DNA of 64,000 bases from Takakia lepidozioides (lineage: Eukaryota; Plantae; Bryophyta), in contig CM060731.1 in NCBI GenBank assembly GCA_030704615.1, positions 372,001-436,000 on the forward strand, given 5' to 3'. Of the stretch, positions 34,874-48,891 are shown piece after piece (the stretch's first letter is position 1; every line of letters begins with the position of its first letter). Below the pieces are notes generated by a model. It was not told the origin of the DNA, searched no databases, and was given only the letters and a program-made list of their open reading frames with translations. The position numbers and the translations under genes were made by a program.

Positions 34874-37800
34874 CAGTGTACTCTGCCCTCCTCACGATCA
34901 TAGAGCTTCATCTCCGTGCAGAGGGGACATCTGCCGGTGATGGAGAAATATCTGTGCGTTCGATACCACCTGAAACCGGGGTCGGTTTTTTTGGAGGAGG
35001 AAAGGAAGGACTCTAACGGCCTTGTTGTCGAGAGTATTTTGTTTGTCCACGATGATTTCGGCGATGGCAGGGAATGGCGAGTTCACCATCGGACAGCGTC
35101 ATATACAGGGCTGTTGGGGACTTCATTTGCCCGCCAATGCAGCTTCTATCCTGGCGCCTTCCACACGAAACAATCCGCGAATCAGAGAGTGGCTACCTCA
35201 AAGAGAGAAGTCCGCAACGAAGTAAATCCAGAGCCGAACCCATCCATGAAGACGAGCGAGAACCGGGTTGTTCACAACCTGTCCGACTCAGACGAGGTCA
35301 TGGAAGTTCCGAGGTCGTCCTTGGAGATCAGGCAAGTCCTCAATGGACGTCAGTGGAGGAGGGAGTCATATTCCCAGCACAAGCACCGCAGTTCGATCTA
35401 TTCTTGAAATTCTGCGAGGGCTTCACCTGGAAGGACACCGGTCGGAGCTGGCCGGGCTGGACTACAACATTCGCAAATTAATCGGTTACATGCCTTCCCG
35501 CCGACGTCGACGGTAATATCTTCTTTGAGTTCCCTCCTCGGGCGGACTACTCGAGGGCGTCCGGAATGTTGACAGATATGGATAGAAAACATGACGGTCA
35601 TCCTTGGTGCGTTACCAAAACCACCAGCATGAGATGCTCGATGGTGTGCGGGTGCGCTACGTTGTTTGTGTGGGCGCGTTGCGGTGTTTCTCTCCCCAAC
35701 TCGCTTCCACTTTAAATCCAGAGGTCACAGGAACGAGACCGATTGGACAGGCACAGCTCACAACCATTTTGAGCTCAGGAGAAGGTCCGAACTCCACATT
35801 TAAGTGTGCGCATTGCAAAGAACCACCACACTGCATGTCTGTTTGTAATGCCAAGCAGTTCTATGTGTTGCACACGTTTCCCTGACCTCCACCCGAGCTT
35901 GCATACACGTTGGTTCCCATTGTCACAAATTGGCGAGGGGAACTCGCGGGAGGCTGCCCACGAAGCAAAGCAGCTCGTTCAGGAGGAGGTTAAGTTGAGA
36001 CCGGGTGCCAAACCCAAACAGATACAGCTCCAAGCCGCCCATAAGATGGCATTGGCTAGAATTATGTCGGAAGACGGCTCCGATAGAGTTCCTCTCGACG
36101 AGAAGAAATGGAGGCATTGCTGGAGTCGGTGTCCCACGTATGTTCACCGAATGTCCGAAACCACATTGTCTCATGCAAACAAAAAATTGGGCGTGGCTCG
36201 GATATGCACTCCATTCTGGAGGTGAAGCGACGATGTGAATATGACTACATTCATGGAAGTAGGTTTCCAGGACTAGGGACTGAGTAGATCGTTGTTTCGT
36301 ATTCAAAATGTCCACGTGTGGACCTGGCAGCGGCGTCGAACTGGTCGACAGGATGACGAGTGGGAACTTGTCAAACAGTTGGGTCATGTTCGACCATATC
36401 AAGCGAATTACAAATCACAGTGGGTGACAATGGGTGCACATGTCTACGACACCCACTACAGGATGCTAATGACAATTGCTATTTGTGAGATGAAAGGAGA
36501 GGACACACAATCGGAGATGCTTCTTTGGCAGGGAATAAACGAACAGATGGCCAAGGCGGGATTGCCCCCTCCCAATTTCCGTGGTTTCATGGCGGACAAC
36601 GCACAAGCAAATTGGGCTGCCATCCGAAGGGTGTATGGGCAAGACCCCAATGTTCCCATGGAAGGCAAGGAGAGATCTTGTGGGTTCCATTTTCTGCAGA
36701 GCCTTTCGCAGTACACAACCAACGCTCGTGGCGCCAGATTTCAGAGAGGAGCACCGTTCCATGTGCCTTGCGTGGAGCGCGCTCCCACCTTGGATGATGC
36801 AGAGACACAGTTTGCATGCATACGGGCTTGGTGGACATCGTCAGGTGCTGTAAGGAAATCAGACGAGGGAGCAATGGTCAGTTGGCTAGCATGGTGGCAT
36901 TATCGTTTCCTCCAGTTCGGCGACTATATGCGGGAGGTGAGTTGCACGAATTCGCGTCCCGTTGAATATTATTTTCTTGGCCATATTTGTAACTTGCTTG
37001 TAACCTGAACATGTGCTTGTGCAGGAAATGTGTCTCGACTCCGACACCGACATGCCCACGACAACATGGCCGAATCAGTGCACTCTTCCTGGCGTGCCTC
37101 CTCTGCGGCGCATCTGGTGGACATCCTCACTGCCACAACGGAGGACATTGTGAGGTCAATTATGCAGCAATGCAGGTACAACGAGTTCTTGAAAGGGAAA
37201 CAGTGGGGCTTGGGGCCGGACAGGCAGGAAATGCTGATGCGGACTGCCTCCAGATCGAAGAATCCTCGAAGTGGGCGGCGGCCTTGCGAGAGGGCCTTCG
37301 GACACGCCATTGCTGCGAAGAGGCCAACATTTGGAAGGAGATGTTCATACCCGTCCAGTGAGACGAAGACTTGACGAGGCACCTGGCGGAGAAGAGGATT
37401 CATGGCGAGCTGACAAGAATATTCGCACGCTCCCTCGTGGTCCGGTGATGTTGCCCGAGGAGGTCTCGTCGAGCACCGCAAGTCCTGCACGTTCAAGATC
37501 GCCATCTCTTTTGAGCACAGGGCGCGTGCCCTGGCAACATAACGAGCCATCTGTAGTAAAGCAGTACAACATTCCCATTGTGGAAACAAGAGTGTCGGAG
37601 TCACAGTGGAGAATTGCGAGGACATTGCCGGCATTTCGAGGGAAGTGCTGCGCCATCCGGGTGGATACGAGAGCACGCTGTGGTGAGATGATTCGGAGGA
37701 ACCCACACGGTGCTGTACCTGTACCTTGTTTCAGCGGCAGATTTTTGACTCCCACATTTGCTCACTCCACAACGCAGACATTTTGGGTCTGTAGGCACGA

Positions 37801-38439
37801 TATAATGACCTGTTTATTTGGCAAGCCCAAGCACGGGATTCAGGGAATGCCGGAGCCTCCGGGCGTCTGGCCTGTTGCACCGGGTTGCAGCCTCTCTCAG
37901 AATGAGGCGGATGCTCTATCTGCAGCAGGATTTCGAATGGTGCAACGCACAGACATCCCAGCCCATGCATTTCCGGTTCCTCAGACCCAGCCATTGCAGA
38001 CTGCTCGGTCTAGTAGAGACGGATTGGACAATTCTGCACATCCCACAATGCGATTCGGAAGAGTGAAGAGACGACACCCTCCCAACAAGTTGAATGAGAC
38101 TCGGATTGCCAATGCTCTTGGATGGCTTGCACTATTCAGAGCTCCGTGGACGTACCCCCACCCGGCCTTGGGCGTGTGTATCGGATGGCAACGGCCGGCT
38201 CGGCTGTACGCGACGATGTATACACAATTACGATTGGAGTGGAGCCGACTTGCAATTGTACGGACTTCTCGTTGATGGAAGCAAAGAAGGGTTCGAAGTA
38301 TTATCCGTGCAAGCATCTGTATTACATCTACCTGAAGAGGTTGAGGATGAACGTGACTATTGATGACTTTATTCATGCACCGGCGTTGAGCGTGAACGAG
38401 CTGCACAAACTCCTCCTTAGGGATTCCAGAAATCATTGA
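34874..38439 (+). pseudogene. GCM-MULE-SWIM transposase, indel-rich near-duplicate of 40464-43979
   Basis: Same motifs and intron as the 40464-43979 copy, with many single-base indels. Confidence 0.85.
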
Positions 38440-38589
38440 TGCGGCAAACGGAATCCTCCATATGGATATTTTCAATTGCAATTTGCTGTATCAGACTTTT
38501 TTTTGCAGTGTAATGAAATGCACCCCAAAACTCCTGGAATGAGGCAATATTCCATTCAAACTGAGATCCAACAGAAGCAGTTGTGGGGC

Positions 38590-38895
38590 CATTTCTGGAA
38601 AAATGGCGCCGAATTTCTCTTTTTGGGGCCGAAAACTGGCTAAGTCCCAACATGCACTGGTACCTGTGTCTGGGAAAATGGCGCCGAATTTCTCTTTTTT
38701 GGGCCGAAAATTGGCTAAGTCCCAACATGCACTGGTACCGTGTCTGGAAAAATGGCGTCGAGTTTCTCTTTTTTGGGCCGAAAACTGGCTAAGTCCCAAC
38801 ATGCACTGGTACAGTGTCTGGAAAAATGGCGCCGAATTTCCCTATTTTGCGCCGAAAACTGGCTAAGTCCGAACATGCACTGGAAAAATGGCGCA
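38590..38895. repeat. ~62-bp subterminal tandem repeat with AAAATGGCGCCGAATTT
   Basis: About five units. Also at 34205-34505 and 39930-40305. Confidence 0.9.
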
Positions 38896-39546
38896 GAGTC
38901 TGAACTCTCCGTTGGCTCTGCACATCCTCTCATCCTTCTTCACCTTCCGCTTCAGAAACTAGAGTTCCTGCTTTTGGTGTTCCATGCCAACTCTTATCAA
39001 AGATTTCTGTCAAATCTTTTATCCAGGGATGTACCTCAGATCTTTCACCTCGTGATTGATCTTCTTCCCGTACCAATTCCCTTAATATTTCCTGCAAAGA
39101 AACAGAAGGAGTGGCATCCAACTCTAGTTCTTCCGGTATGGGTGATGTACTCTTTGATCTTAATGGTATGAGAGGTCCAGATGATTCCCCTATGTCTATT
39201 CCTCTCTCCCAAAGATATGGATAATTAGCTTTCAAATAGCTTTCTCTTTTTGCTGAATATCTCTGGCGTCTAGCTTCTCTTTCATCACTCATGTCCCATG
39301 TCTTTCATTTCTTTTTAATGTGGCAATAACCAAAACTCTCTTCTGTAATATCTCTCGTATATGCCTGGGTTTCTTTCAAGCTTCAATGCACCCTTGGCTA
39401 TACTTGAAGTCTCCGTTACCATATAACCATATGGCAAACAAGTCTGAAAAGTTGTTCTTGGTGTGAGTTTGATCCACAAAATATCCTTTGGAATCCAATT
39501 CTTTACCAGTACAAGCTCTTCATGCATATGAGTATAAACATTCACC
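38896..39546 (-). pseudogene. Gypsy 5'/gag-region fragment
   Basis: LVKNWIPKDILWIKLTPRTTFQTCLPYG and KRESYLKANYPYLW are shared with 17050-17390. Confidence 0.65.
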
Positions 39547-39547
39547 T

Positions 39548-42500
39548 GAGGTTTGCTATTTCATGAGCATGAGCGGCATGAGCGGCATGAGTGGCATGAG
39601 CAGAGTAGTAACACAATCGGTTTTCATGAGCAGAAGTACAAATCTCGAAAATAAAAAACAATAAAAAACAATAATTTAATGCAATGTGTCAGGAAAAACA
39701 AATATATTATTCGGCCCCTTGAAGGGAAAATTGCACTTTTGACAGTTGTGCTCATGATATTTCGTCTTCCGCTCATGCCAATTCCCAGCGACATATGCAA
39801 ATATGGCGCCGAATTTCGCGGTAATAGGGTCCGTAACCTGAAAAAACGGCGACGTATTTCGCGGCAATAGGTCTCTCTGGCGAAAAATGGTGCCGAATTC
39901 CGCGGCTATAGGTCCCCTCATGACAGGTAATTCGGCGCCATTTTTCCAGTGCATGTTCGGACTTAGCCAGTTTTCGGCGCAAAATAGGGAAATTCGGCGC
40001 CATTTTTCCAGACACTGTACCAGTGCATGTTGGGACTTAGCCAGTTTTCGGCTCAAAAAAGAGAAATTCGGCGCCATTTTTCCAGACACAGTACCAGTGC
40101 ATGTTGGGACTTAGCCAATTTTCGGCCCCAAAAAGAGAAATTCGGCGCCATTTTCCCAAACACAGGTACCAGTGTATGTTGGGACTTAGCCAGTTTTCGG
40201 CCCCAAAAAGAGAAATTCGGCGCCATTTTCCCAAACACAGGTACCAGTGCATGTTGGGACTTAGCCAGTTTTCGGCCCCAAAAAGAGAAATTCGGCGCCA
40301 TTTTTCCAGAAATGGCCCCACAACTGCTTCTGTTGGATCTCAGTTTGAATGGAATATTGCCTCATTCCAGGAGTTTTGGGTGCATTTCATTACACTGCAA
40401 AAAAAAGTCTGATACAGAAAAATGCATTTGAAAATATCCATATGGAGGATTCCGTTTGCCCCATCAATGATTTATGGAATCCCTAAGGAGGAGTTTGTGC
40501 AGCTCGTTCACGCTCAACGCCGGTGCATGAATAAAGTCATCAATAGTCACGTTCATCCTCAACCTCTTCAGGTAAATGTAATACAGATGCTTGCACGGAT
40601 AATACTTCGAACCCTTCTTTGCTTCCATCAACGAGAAGTCCGTACAGTTGCAAGTCGGCTCCACTCCAATCGTAATTGTGTATACATCGTCGCGTACAGC
40701 CGAGCCGGCCGTTGCCATCCGATACACACGCCCAAGGCCGGGTGGGGGTACGTCCACGGAGCTCTGAATAGTGCAAGCCATCCCAAGAGCATTGGCAATC
40801 CGAGTCTCATTCAACTTGTTGGGAGGGTGTCGTCTCTTCACTCTTCCGAATCGCATTGTGGGATGTGCATAATTGTCCAATCCGTCTCTACTGGACCGAG
40901 CAGTCTGCAATGGCTGGGTCTGAGGAACCGGAAATGCGTGGGCCGGGATGTCTGTGCGTTGCACCATTCGAAATCCTGCTGCAGATAGAGCATCCGCCTC
41001 ATTCTGAGAGAGGCTGCAACCCGGTGCAACAGGCCAGACGCCCGGAGGCTCCGGCATTCCCTGAATCCCGTACTTGGGCTTGCCAAATACACAGGTCATT
41101 ATGTCGTGCCTACAGAACCAAAATGTCTGCGTTGTGGCGTGAGCAAATGTGGGAGTCAAAAATCTGCCGCTGAAACAAGGTGCAGGTACAGCACCGTGTG
41201 GGTTCCTCCGAATCATCTCACCACAGCGTGCTCTCGTATCCACCCGGATGGCGGAACACTTCCCTCGAAATGCCGGCAATGTCCTCGCAATTCTCCACTG
41301 TGACTCCGACACTCTTGTCTCCACAATGGGAATGTTGTATTGCTTTATTACAGATGGCTCGTTATGTTGTCGGGGCACGCGCCCTGTGCTCAAAGGAGAT
41401 GGCGATCTTGAACGTGCAGGACTTCCGGTGCTCGACGAGACCTCCTCAGACAACATCACCGGACCACGAGGGAGCGTGCGAATATTCTTGTCAGCTCGCC
41501 ATGAATCCTCTTCTCCGCCAGGTGCCTCGTCAAGTCTTCGTCTCACTGGACGGGTATGAACATCTCCTTCCAAATGTTGGCCTCTTCGCAGCAATGGCGT
41601 GTCCCGAAGGCCCTCTCGCAAGGCCGCCGCCCACTTCCGAGGATTCTTCGATCTGGAGGCAGTCCGCATCAGCATTTCCTGCCTGTCCGGCCCCAAGCCC
41701 CACTGTTTCCCTTTCAAGAACTCGTTGTACCTGCATTGCTGCATAATTGACCTCACAATGTCCTCCGTTGTGGCAGTGAGGATGTCCACCAGATGCGCCG
41801 CAGAGGAGGCACGCCAGGAAGAGTGCACTGATTCGGCCATGTTTGTCGTGGGCATGTCGGTGTCGGAGTCGAGACACATTTCCTGCACAAGCACATGTTC
41901 AGGTTTCAAGCAAGTTACAAATATGGCCAAGAATAATATCCAACGGGACGCGAATTCGTGCAACTCACCTCCCGCATATAGTCGCCGAACTGGAGGAAAC
42001 GATAATGCCACCATGCTAGCCAACTGACCATTGCTCCTTCGTCTGATTTCCTTACAGCACCTGACGATGTCCACCAAGCCCGTATGCATGCAAACTGTGT
42101 CTCTGCATCATCCAAGGTGGGAGCGCGCTTCCACGCAAGGCACATGGAACGGTGCTCCTCTCTGAAATCTGGCGCCACGAGCCTGGTTGTGTACTGCGAA
42201 AGGCTCTGCAGAAAATGGAACCCACAAGATCTCTCCTTGCCTTCCATGGGAACATTGGGGTCTTGCCCGTACACCCTTCGGATGGCAGCCCAATTTGCTT
42301 GTGCGTTGTCCGCCATGAAACCACGGAAATTGGGAGGGGGCAATCCCGCCTTGGCCATCTGTTCGTTTATTCCCTGCCAAAGAAGCATCTCCGATTGTGT
42401 GTCCTCTCCTTTCATCTCACAAATAGCAATTGTCATTAGCATCCTGCAGTGGGTGTCGTAGACATGTGCACCCATTGTCACCCACTGGTGATTTGTAATT

Positions 42501-44130
42501 CGCTTGATATGGTCGAACATGACCCAACTGTTTGACAAGTTCCCACTCGTCATCCTGTCGACCAGTTCGACGCCACTGCCAGGTCCACACGTGGACATTT
42601 TGAATACGAAACAACGATCTGCCTCAGTCCCTTGTCCTGGAAACCTACTTCCATGAATGTAGTCATATCCACATCGTCGCTTCACCTCCAGAATGGAGTG
42701 CATATCCGAGCCACGCCCAATTTTCTGTTTGCATGAGACAATGTGGTTTCGGACATTCGGTGAACATACGTGGGACACCGACTCCAGCAATGCCTCCATT
42801 TCCTTCTCGTCGAGAGGAACTCTATCGGAGCCGTCTTCCGACATAATTCTGGCCAATGCCATCTTATGGGCGGCTTGGAGCTGTATCTGTTTGGGTTTGG
42901 CACCCGGTCTCAACTTAACCTCCTCCTGAACGAGCTGCTCTGCTTCGTGGGCAGCCTCCCGCGAGTTCCCCCTCGCCAATTTGTGACAATGGGAACCAAC
43001 GTGTATGCAAGCTCGGGTGAGGTCAGGGAAACGGTGCAACACATAGAACTGCTTGGCATTACAAACAGACATGCAGTGTGGTGGTTCTTTGCAATGCGCA
43101 CACTTAAATGTGGAGTTTGGAACCTTCTCCTGAGCTCGAAATGGTTGGTGAGCTGTGCCTGTCCAATCGGTGAAACACCGCAACGCGCCCGCACAAACAA
43201 CGTAGCGCACCCGCACACCATCAAGCATCTTCATGCTGGTGGTTTTGGTAACGCACCAAGGATGACCGTCATGTTTTCTATCCATATCTGTCAACATTCC
43301 GGACGCCCTCGAGTAGTCCGCCCGAGGAGGGAACTCAAAGAAGATATTACCGTCGACGTCGGCGGGAAGGCATGTAACCGATTTAATTGCGAATTTGCTG
43401 TAGTCCAGCCCGGCCAGCTCCGACCGGTGTCCTTCCAGGTGAAGCGCAGAATTTCTAGAATAGATCGAACTGCGGTGCTCGTGCTGGGAATATGACTCCC
43501 TCCTCCACTGACGTCCATTGAGGACTTGCCTGATCTCCAAGACGACCTCGGAACTTCCATGACCTCGTCTGAGTCGGACAGGTTGTGAACAACCCGGTTC
43601 TCGGTCGTCTTCATGGATGGGTTCGGCTCTGGATTTACTTCGTTGCGGACTTCTCTCTTTGAGGTACCCACTCTCTGATTCGCTCGTGGAAGGCGCCAGG
43701 ATAGACGGTGCATTTGGCGGGCAAATGAAGTCCCCAGTCCGATGGTGGAACTCGCCATTCCCTGCCATCGCCGAAATCATCGTGGAGCACAACAATACTC
43801 TCGACAACAAGGCCGTTAGAGTCCTTCCTTTCCTCCTCCAAAAAAGCCGACCCCGGTTTCAGGTTGTATCGAACGCACAGATATTTCTCCATCACCCGGC
43901 ATGTGTCCCCTCTGCACGGAAATGAAGCTCTATGCTCGTGAGGAGGGCAGTACACTGTAGCGCTCGGGTTTTCCGCCATGGGAGATGTGCACACAAGACT
44001 GCCAGGATGGCGTGCGGGGAAGCTCCCTGGTAGAAGGGGGTGCAGCGATGGGAATGAATGCGATGCCGATTTGTCCGAGCGACGAAGCCTGATCCAAATC
44101 CAGGGAGCCAACTATCTCAAAAATCCACAG
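39548..44130 (-). mobile_element. MULE copy E: TIR, subterminal array and transposase (other end missing)
   Basis: Starts GAGGTTTGCTATTTCATGAGC, the same terminus as the TSD-flanked element at 46390-53915. Confidence 0.85.
40464..43979 (-). pseudogene. GCM-domain MULE-like transposase with SWIM finger; best-preserved copy, frameshifted only in the 5' part
   Basis: ORFs 41915-43810 and 40464-42089 are joined by intron 41883-41968. Motifs: VMFDHIKR (D), GFMADNAQ (D), CGFH, TTNMAESVH (E), CNC...CKH (SWIM). Confidence 0.88.
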
Positions 44131-44134
44131 TCAG

Positions 44135-45044
44135 ACAGCTAGTGTATCATGGGGGTGTTTCCTATTTGTTTTCCTTCCTGCATTCATGTTAGCTAGTTAC
44201 CTTACTGCTAGTAATTAAGTTTCAGTTTGCTTCATTAATTTATCGGATTCCATCAACTCATCAATTTCATTCCACAGCTTCACTCAGATCTCTCTACACA
44301 GTGTGAGTATGAGGTGTGTATCAGATTAATATCTATCAAGTATCAGGCTGAAGCCATGGAGTCTCTAATCTGCTCTACATTACAATTCTACTGCATGCAT
44401 TCATTAAGCATCAACAGATCCTCCTCCTACTCCGTGCTCTCCATCTTTCTGCTTAGAGATACACTCTCTCCTCCTTTCCCCCAGTGATGTCCGAAGTCTC
44501 TCCAAGAAGTGCTCCTTCCCACTCCTTCCAGCACTGATTCCCCCCCCCGAAGTGCTCCAAAAATGATCCCCTTTTCAGTCCTTGCTTCTAGCTTTATCTT
44601 CCTACCCGTTGTTCTAACCGTTTCCCTCACTAACCGTCGTCCGTGAACTAACATGTTCCATTCGCAGGTGTTGTTCCCCACAGTCGTTCCCTGTCCGGCT
44701 ATCCGTTCCCTATGGTCGTGACAGCTGTGTCAAGCTGTGACTGGCTGTGTGAAATTGTGACGGGCTGTGACGGGCTGTGTTGGCTGTGATGGGCTGTGTC
44801 GGCTGTGACGAGCTGTGTTGACTGTGTCTGGCTGTGTCGGTTGTGTCGGATGTGTTGGCTGTGACGGGCTGAGTCTGGCTGTGTCGGCTGTGTTGGCTGT
44901 GACGGGCTGTGTCACCCCCCCCCCCCCCCCCCTAAAGTGCACTGCTGTCACCCCTAAGGCTCCTGTTGGTCTCAGTCTGTGCAAAAATTAAGGGTACCCC
45001 ACAGATCCCGTATAAGTGTCTAAGTCCCAGACAGTCCTCTAACA
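44135..45044 (-). repeat. G1 LTR, inverted and truncated, abutting G1 RT
   Basis: Reverse complement of 59639-~60455. No PPT upstream. Confidence 0.88.
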
Positions 45045-46389
45045 ACTCATTCATGGATGGCTTCAGTGGTTATAATCAAGTGCAAGTGGCAGAAGAAGAT
45101 CAAGGAAAGACAGCTTTCATCACAGACTGGGGTGCTTATGCATACAAAGTCATGCCCTTTGGACTTTGTAATGCACCAGCAACCTTTCAGAGAGTAATAA
45201 GTGAATCTTTTCATGAGTATCTGGATGATTTCATGCAGGTGTTCTTGGATGATTTCAGTGTGTACAGCTCTAAGAATGAGCACTTGCATAAATTGGAGTT
45301 ATGTCTGGCCAGATGCAGGATGAGAGGTCTGGGCCTGAATCCAGAGAAGTGTACTTTCTGTGTGAACTCAGGGGTGCTCCTGGGACACATTGTGTGTAAG
45401 AAGGGACTTCTTGTGGATCCCCGGAAGACAGAGGCCATTAAAGCCTCTCCACCACCAGTGAATGTTAAGAGTTTAAGGAGATTCCTTCGGCAAACCAGTT
45501 ATTACAGAAGATTTGTCAAAAGGTATGCACAAATAGCAGCACCATTGAGCAAGCTTCTGAAGAAAGATGCAGTGTTTGCCTGGACAGCTGAATGTCAACA
45601 GGCGTTTGAGGAACTTACACTGTCAGTAACAACTACACCTATGCTGATTAACCCTCACTGGCATGTAGTATTTCATGTTCACTGTGATGCATCAGGAGAA
45701 GCGTTGGGAGCGGTGTTAGCCCAGAATGTTACAGGAAATATAGATTCACCTGTGTACTATGCTAGCAGGTTGATGAACAATGCTGAAAGGAACTATAGCA
45801 CAACTGAAAGAGAAGCACTGGCAATGATTTATGCAGTCAAGAAATTCAGGTATTACCTATTGGGAAGAAAGTTTATGTTTTATGTGGATCACCAGGCTCT
45901 GATATATCAGGTGAACAAACCTTTGATAAGTGGAAGGATAGCGAGGTGGTTAATAATCTTGCATGAGTTTGAGTTCGAAGTTGTTTACAAGCCTGGCCGT
46001 TTGCATCTTGTGGCAGATCATTTGTCACGACTAACAACAGGAGAGGCCGCCACAGGAGCGGACGATCAGTTACCTGATGCGAGTTTATTTGTAATGGAGG
46101 TGCAAGGAAGTGCAGATGAATGGTTAGATTGGCAGTGGCCAATCAGATACTACCTTACTCATGGTCAATGCCCACCTAGTTGAGGAAGAGAATCGCTATC
46201 AAAACTTTACCTTATACTATGGTAGGAAGCAGAATGTATAAGCTAGGACCTGATGGAGTACTAAAACGATGCTTGTACCACCATGAAGTAAATAAAGTTT
46301 TGGAGGAAGTTCATAAAGGAGTGGCTGGAGGTCATTTTGGAGAAGAGACTACTAGTAGAAAGATACTACTCGCAGGTTACTGGTGGCCT
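45045..46389 (+). pseudogene. G1 pol: RT, RNase H and start of the integrase Zn finger
   Basis: SFMDGFSGYNQ, MPFGLCNAPATFQ, FLDD, HCDASG, NYSTTERE, H.G.AGGHFG...AGYWWP. Confidence 0.93.
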
Positions 46390-46649
46390 GGGGGTTGCTA
46401 TTCCATGAGCTCATGAGCGGTGAGCTCATGAGCTCATGAGCGGGCATGGCTCACCCATGAGCCGCAAAGTAACACACTTCGAATTTCGGCAGATTTTTTT
46501 CGGGCCCAAAACTATAAAATAATCAAAAATCGAAGATTTCCGCGCTCATGCTGGAAGCACTCCGCTCATGAGTACCAGTGTACGCTCATGACTTGGAGCC
46601 CAGGCTCATGGACCGCTAGGCCAGGTCATAGAAAAACTGAATTCTGGGC

Positions 46650-47120
46650 AATAACGGCACCGAAATTATCCCAGAGGCAGAGACGCAAGCGGAATTAGGA
46701 TCCGGGTTTGCAGACTCCGAAAACGCAATGGCGACTTATAACCGTGGAGAGTACTGTTGCAGAAGTGCATGATGGTTGGGTATAACGGCGCCGTAATTGG
46801 GCACAGGAAAAGAAATAGCCGGCTGAAGGCTCGGGAGTGAAGCCAACAACGGTGAAAGTAATTGGGCTCCGCCAACCAAATACCCGGCTGCATCCTCCGG
46901 AGTGCAGGCGATAACGGCGCCGAAATGGGCCCCGAAAATCAAATACTCGGTTGAAGCCACCGGAGTGCAGCCGATAACGGCGCCGAAATTGGGTCCGGAA
47001 ACCAAATACCCGGCTGAAGGCTAGGGATTGCAACCAATAACGGCGCCGAAATTGACCTGCGGAAACAAAATTCTCAGCTGAAGCTTCCGCACTCCATCCA
47101 ATAACGGCGCCAAAATTGGG
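46650..47120. repeat. Left subterminal repeats ATAACGGCGCCGAAA
   Basis: Recurs at roughly 62-bp period. Related GGCGCCGAAATA copies lie near the right end (53470-53750). Confidence 0.82.
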
Positions 47121-47358
47121 CTCCGGAGAGCAAATACCCGCCTTACGGTAAGGGAGGCCTTGCTCTCATTTTGCTCTTCACTCTTCTCTGTTGTGCCCAT
47201 CTCCTCCCTGCTTTGAGTTCGTGCTATGTCGTGAGGCCATGTCGTGCCCGAATCACATCTATTGACGCCAGACGGGAGTCATTTTCCCGAAAGCAGACGA
47301 CATCATTGTTTTCCTGGATGTTTATAGGGACGATCCTCGACTTGTCCAGCTGAGAGCA

Positions 47359-47790
47359 ATGGAGTTTCTTCCAGGATTGCACGATTCTCCTGGACCCCGG
47401 TTGGGGAGCAGGTGGTTCCTACGCATCATGGACCTGGACTTTCCGCATGAGTGGGAGCCGAACAGATCACGCACAGCGTTGCTGTATCGCTGGAATTGTT
47501 GCGAGTGGACGTATGATGAGTGCATAGGTGAAAACTTTACGCGTGGACGGACTGGCTCGGAAAGTGGAGACATTCTCTTCAGTTATGAGGATGAGGAGGA
47601 GGGGAACACAGGGCCCACTGTGAAAATGTCCTTCTACCAAGGGGGCGCTATCGATAAACACGACATCCTCGTTAGTTTCAACCGGGCGACAGAAACCACT
47701 GACATTTTGTTCAAATATAGGCACCCGGTCACTCAGGAGGTCCTTGAGAGGCCAATTAGAGTTCCTTCTTCTTGGGCGAGGGGACCATAG
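47359..47790 (+). CDS. Unknown 'RWNCCxWT' family protein (5' part degraded)
   Basis: WFLRIMDLDFP...RTALLYRWNCCEWT...GDI...GGAIDKHDILV...RVPSSW aligns with 8194-8904. Confidence 0.72.
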   Translation: MEFLPGLHDSPGPRLGSRWFLRIMDLDFPHEWEPNRSRTALLYRWNCCEWTYDECIGENFTRGRTGSESGDILFSYEDEEEGNTGPTVKMSFYQGGAIDKHDILVSFNRATETTDILFKYRHPVTQEVLERPIRVPSSWARGP

Positions 47791-48485
47791 GTTTGCATGC
47801 TAGAGTAGACATGTTTCGACTCGCCGACACTCATGGCACATACATTTTCATTCAGAAATCAAGCAGCTTCCCTGTGCCATATGGGGAATATACATGCTTG
47901 GATAATCTTCTGTTAAGGTTTTTTGCAATTCACTGCCAGTATGCTCGGACGTGTCCTTTGTCGTATGGATTGCTGTTTGCACAAAGTGCAGTATGCAAAT
48001 GCTGGAATGTGCAGTAGGACCCTTCCCACTGGGACACAGAACTAGCAATCTTGTAAAGACATCACATTTGCAGAACAGTAACAATGTATTTGTAGCAAAT
48101 TGGAGTCTTCTCATAGAGGTGGACGAAAACGCCAGGATGGGCTGCGAAATCACTACAAATTGAATGAAGAGCAGTAACAAGGAAGCACTATGCAGTACAT
48201 AGACCATAAACGGCGCTGAAATAGGCCTCAATGCCCGTTAATCTCCACACAATGTATGCTTTACTCGGATCCATTTGTAGACAACCAAAATAAAAAAAGC
48301 ATGCGCATGCCATTCATGGCCAAAAACCACATTCTCATGTATTGCGGCACCAAAATTCACATGTAGCCATGGCGATGCGGCACCACCAAGTGTATAATTC
48401 CTCCAAAAAAAATAGGGTGCAAGAAGATGAATGTAATATAATTGCCACTTTCTCCTTCCCGAATGTGGAATGTCAAGCAGTCCGA

Positions 48486-48891
48486 CTAGTGTCCTGCCGT
48501 AGGGCCTTGTGCAGCTCGTTGAAACTCAGTGTTGGAGCATGGATGAAGACGTCCACTGCGGATATGCAACTCATGCGCTTCAGAAAAATGTAATAAAGGT
48601 GTTTGCAGGGACGTATGCTGCATTCTTCGATTCCATAACAAGGAAGTCCTCACAGTTGCAAGCTGGGTACTGTGAAACCGTGATTGTATACACGACACTG
48701 CGCGCAGCAGACCCGGCTGTTGACAACTGAAATATGCGCCCCATCCCGGGGTGAGGAACATCCCTGCAACCTTGCACTATGCAGGGCATTGCAAGAGCGT
48801 TGGCCATCCTGGTGTCGTTCGCCTTTGTTGGTGGCCGCCGTCTTTTCAGTTTCCCCCACCGATGGGTGGGCCAAGCTGCGGGGTCACCCAC
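48486..48891 (-). pseudogene. SWIM-finger C-terminal remnant of the transposase
   Basis: KRRRPP.K.N.TRMANAL...TAGSA.R..VYTITVSQYPACNCEDF is homologous to 40464-40870. Confidence 0.85.

Noticed and set aside
38417-40431. Repetitive ORFs (MAPNFSF..., EKWRRISLF...)
   Set aside because: Translations of 62-bp tandem repeats, open in several frames on both strands.
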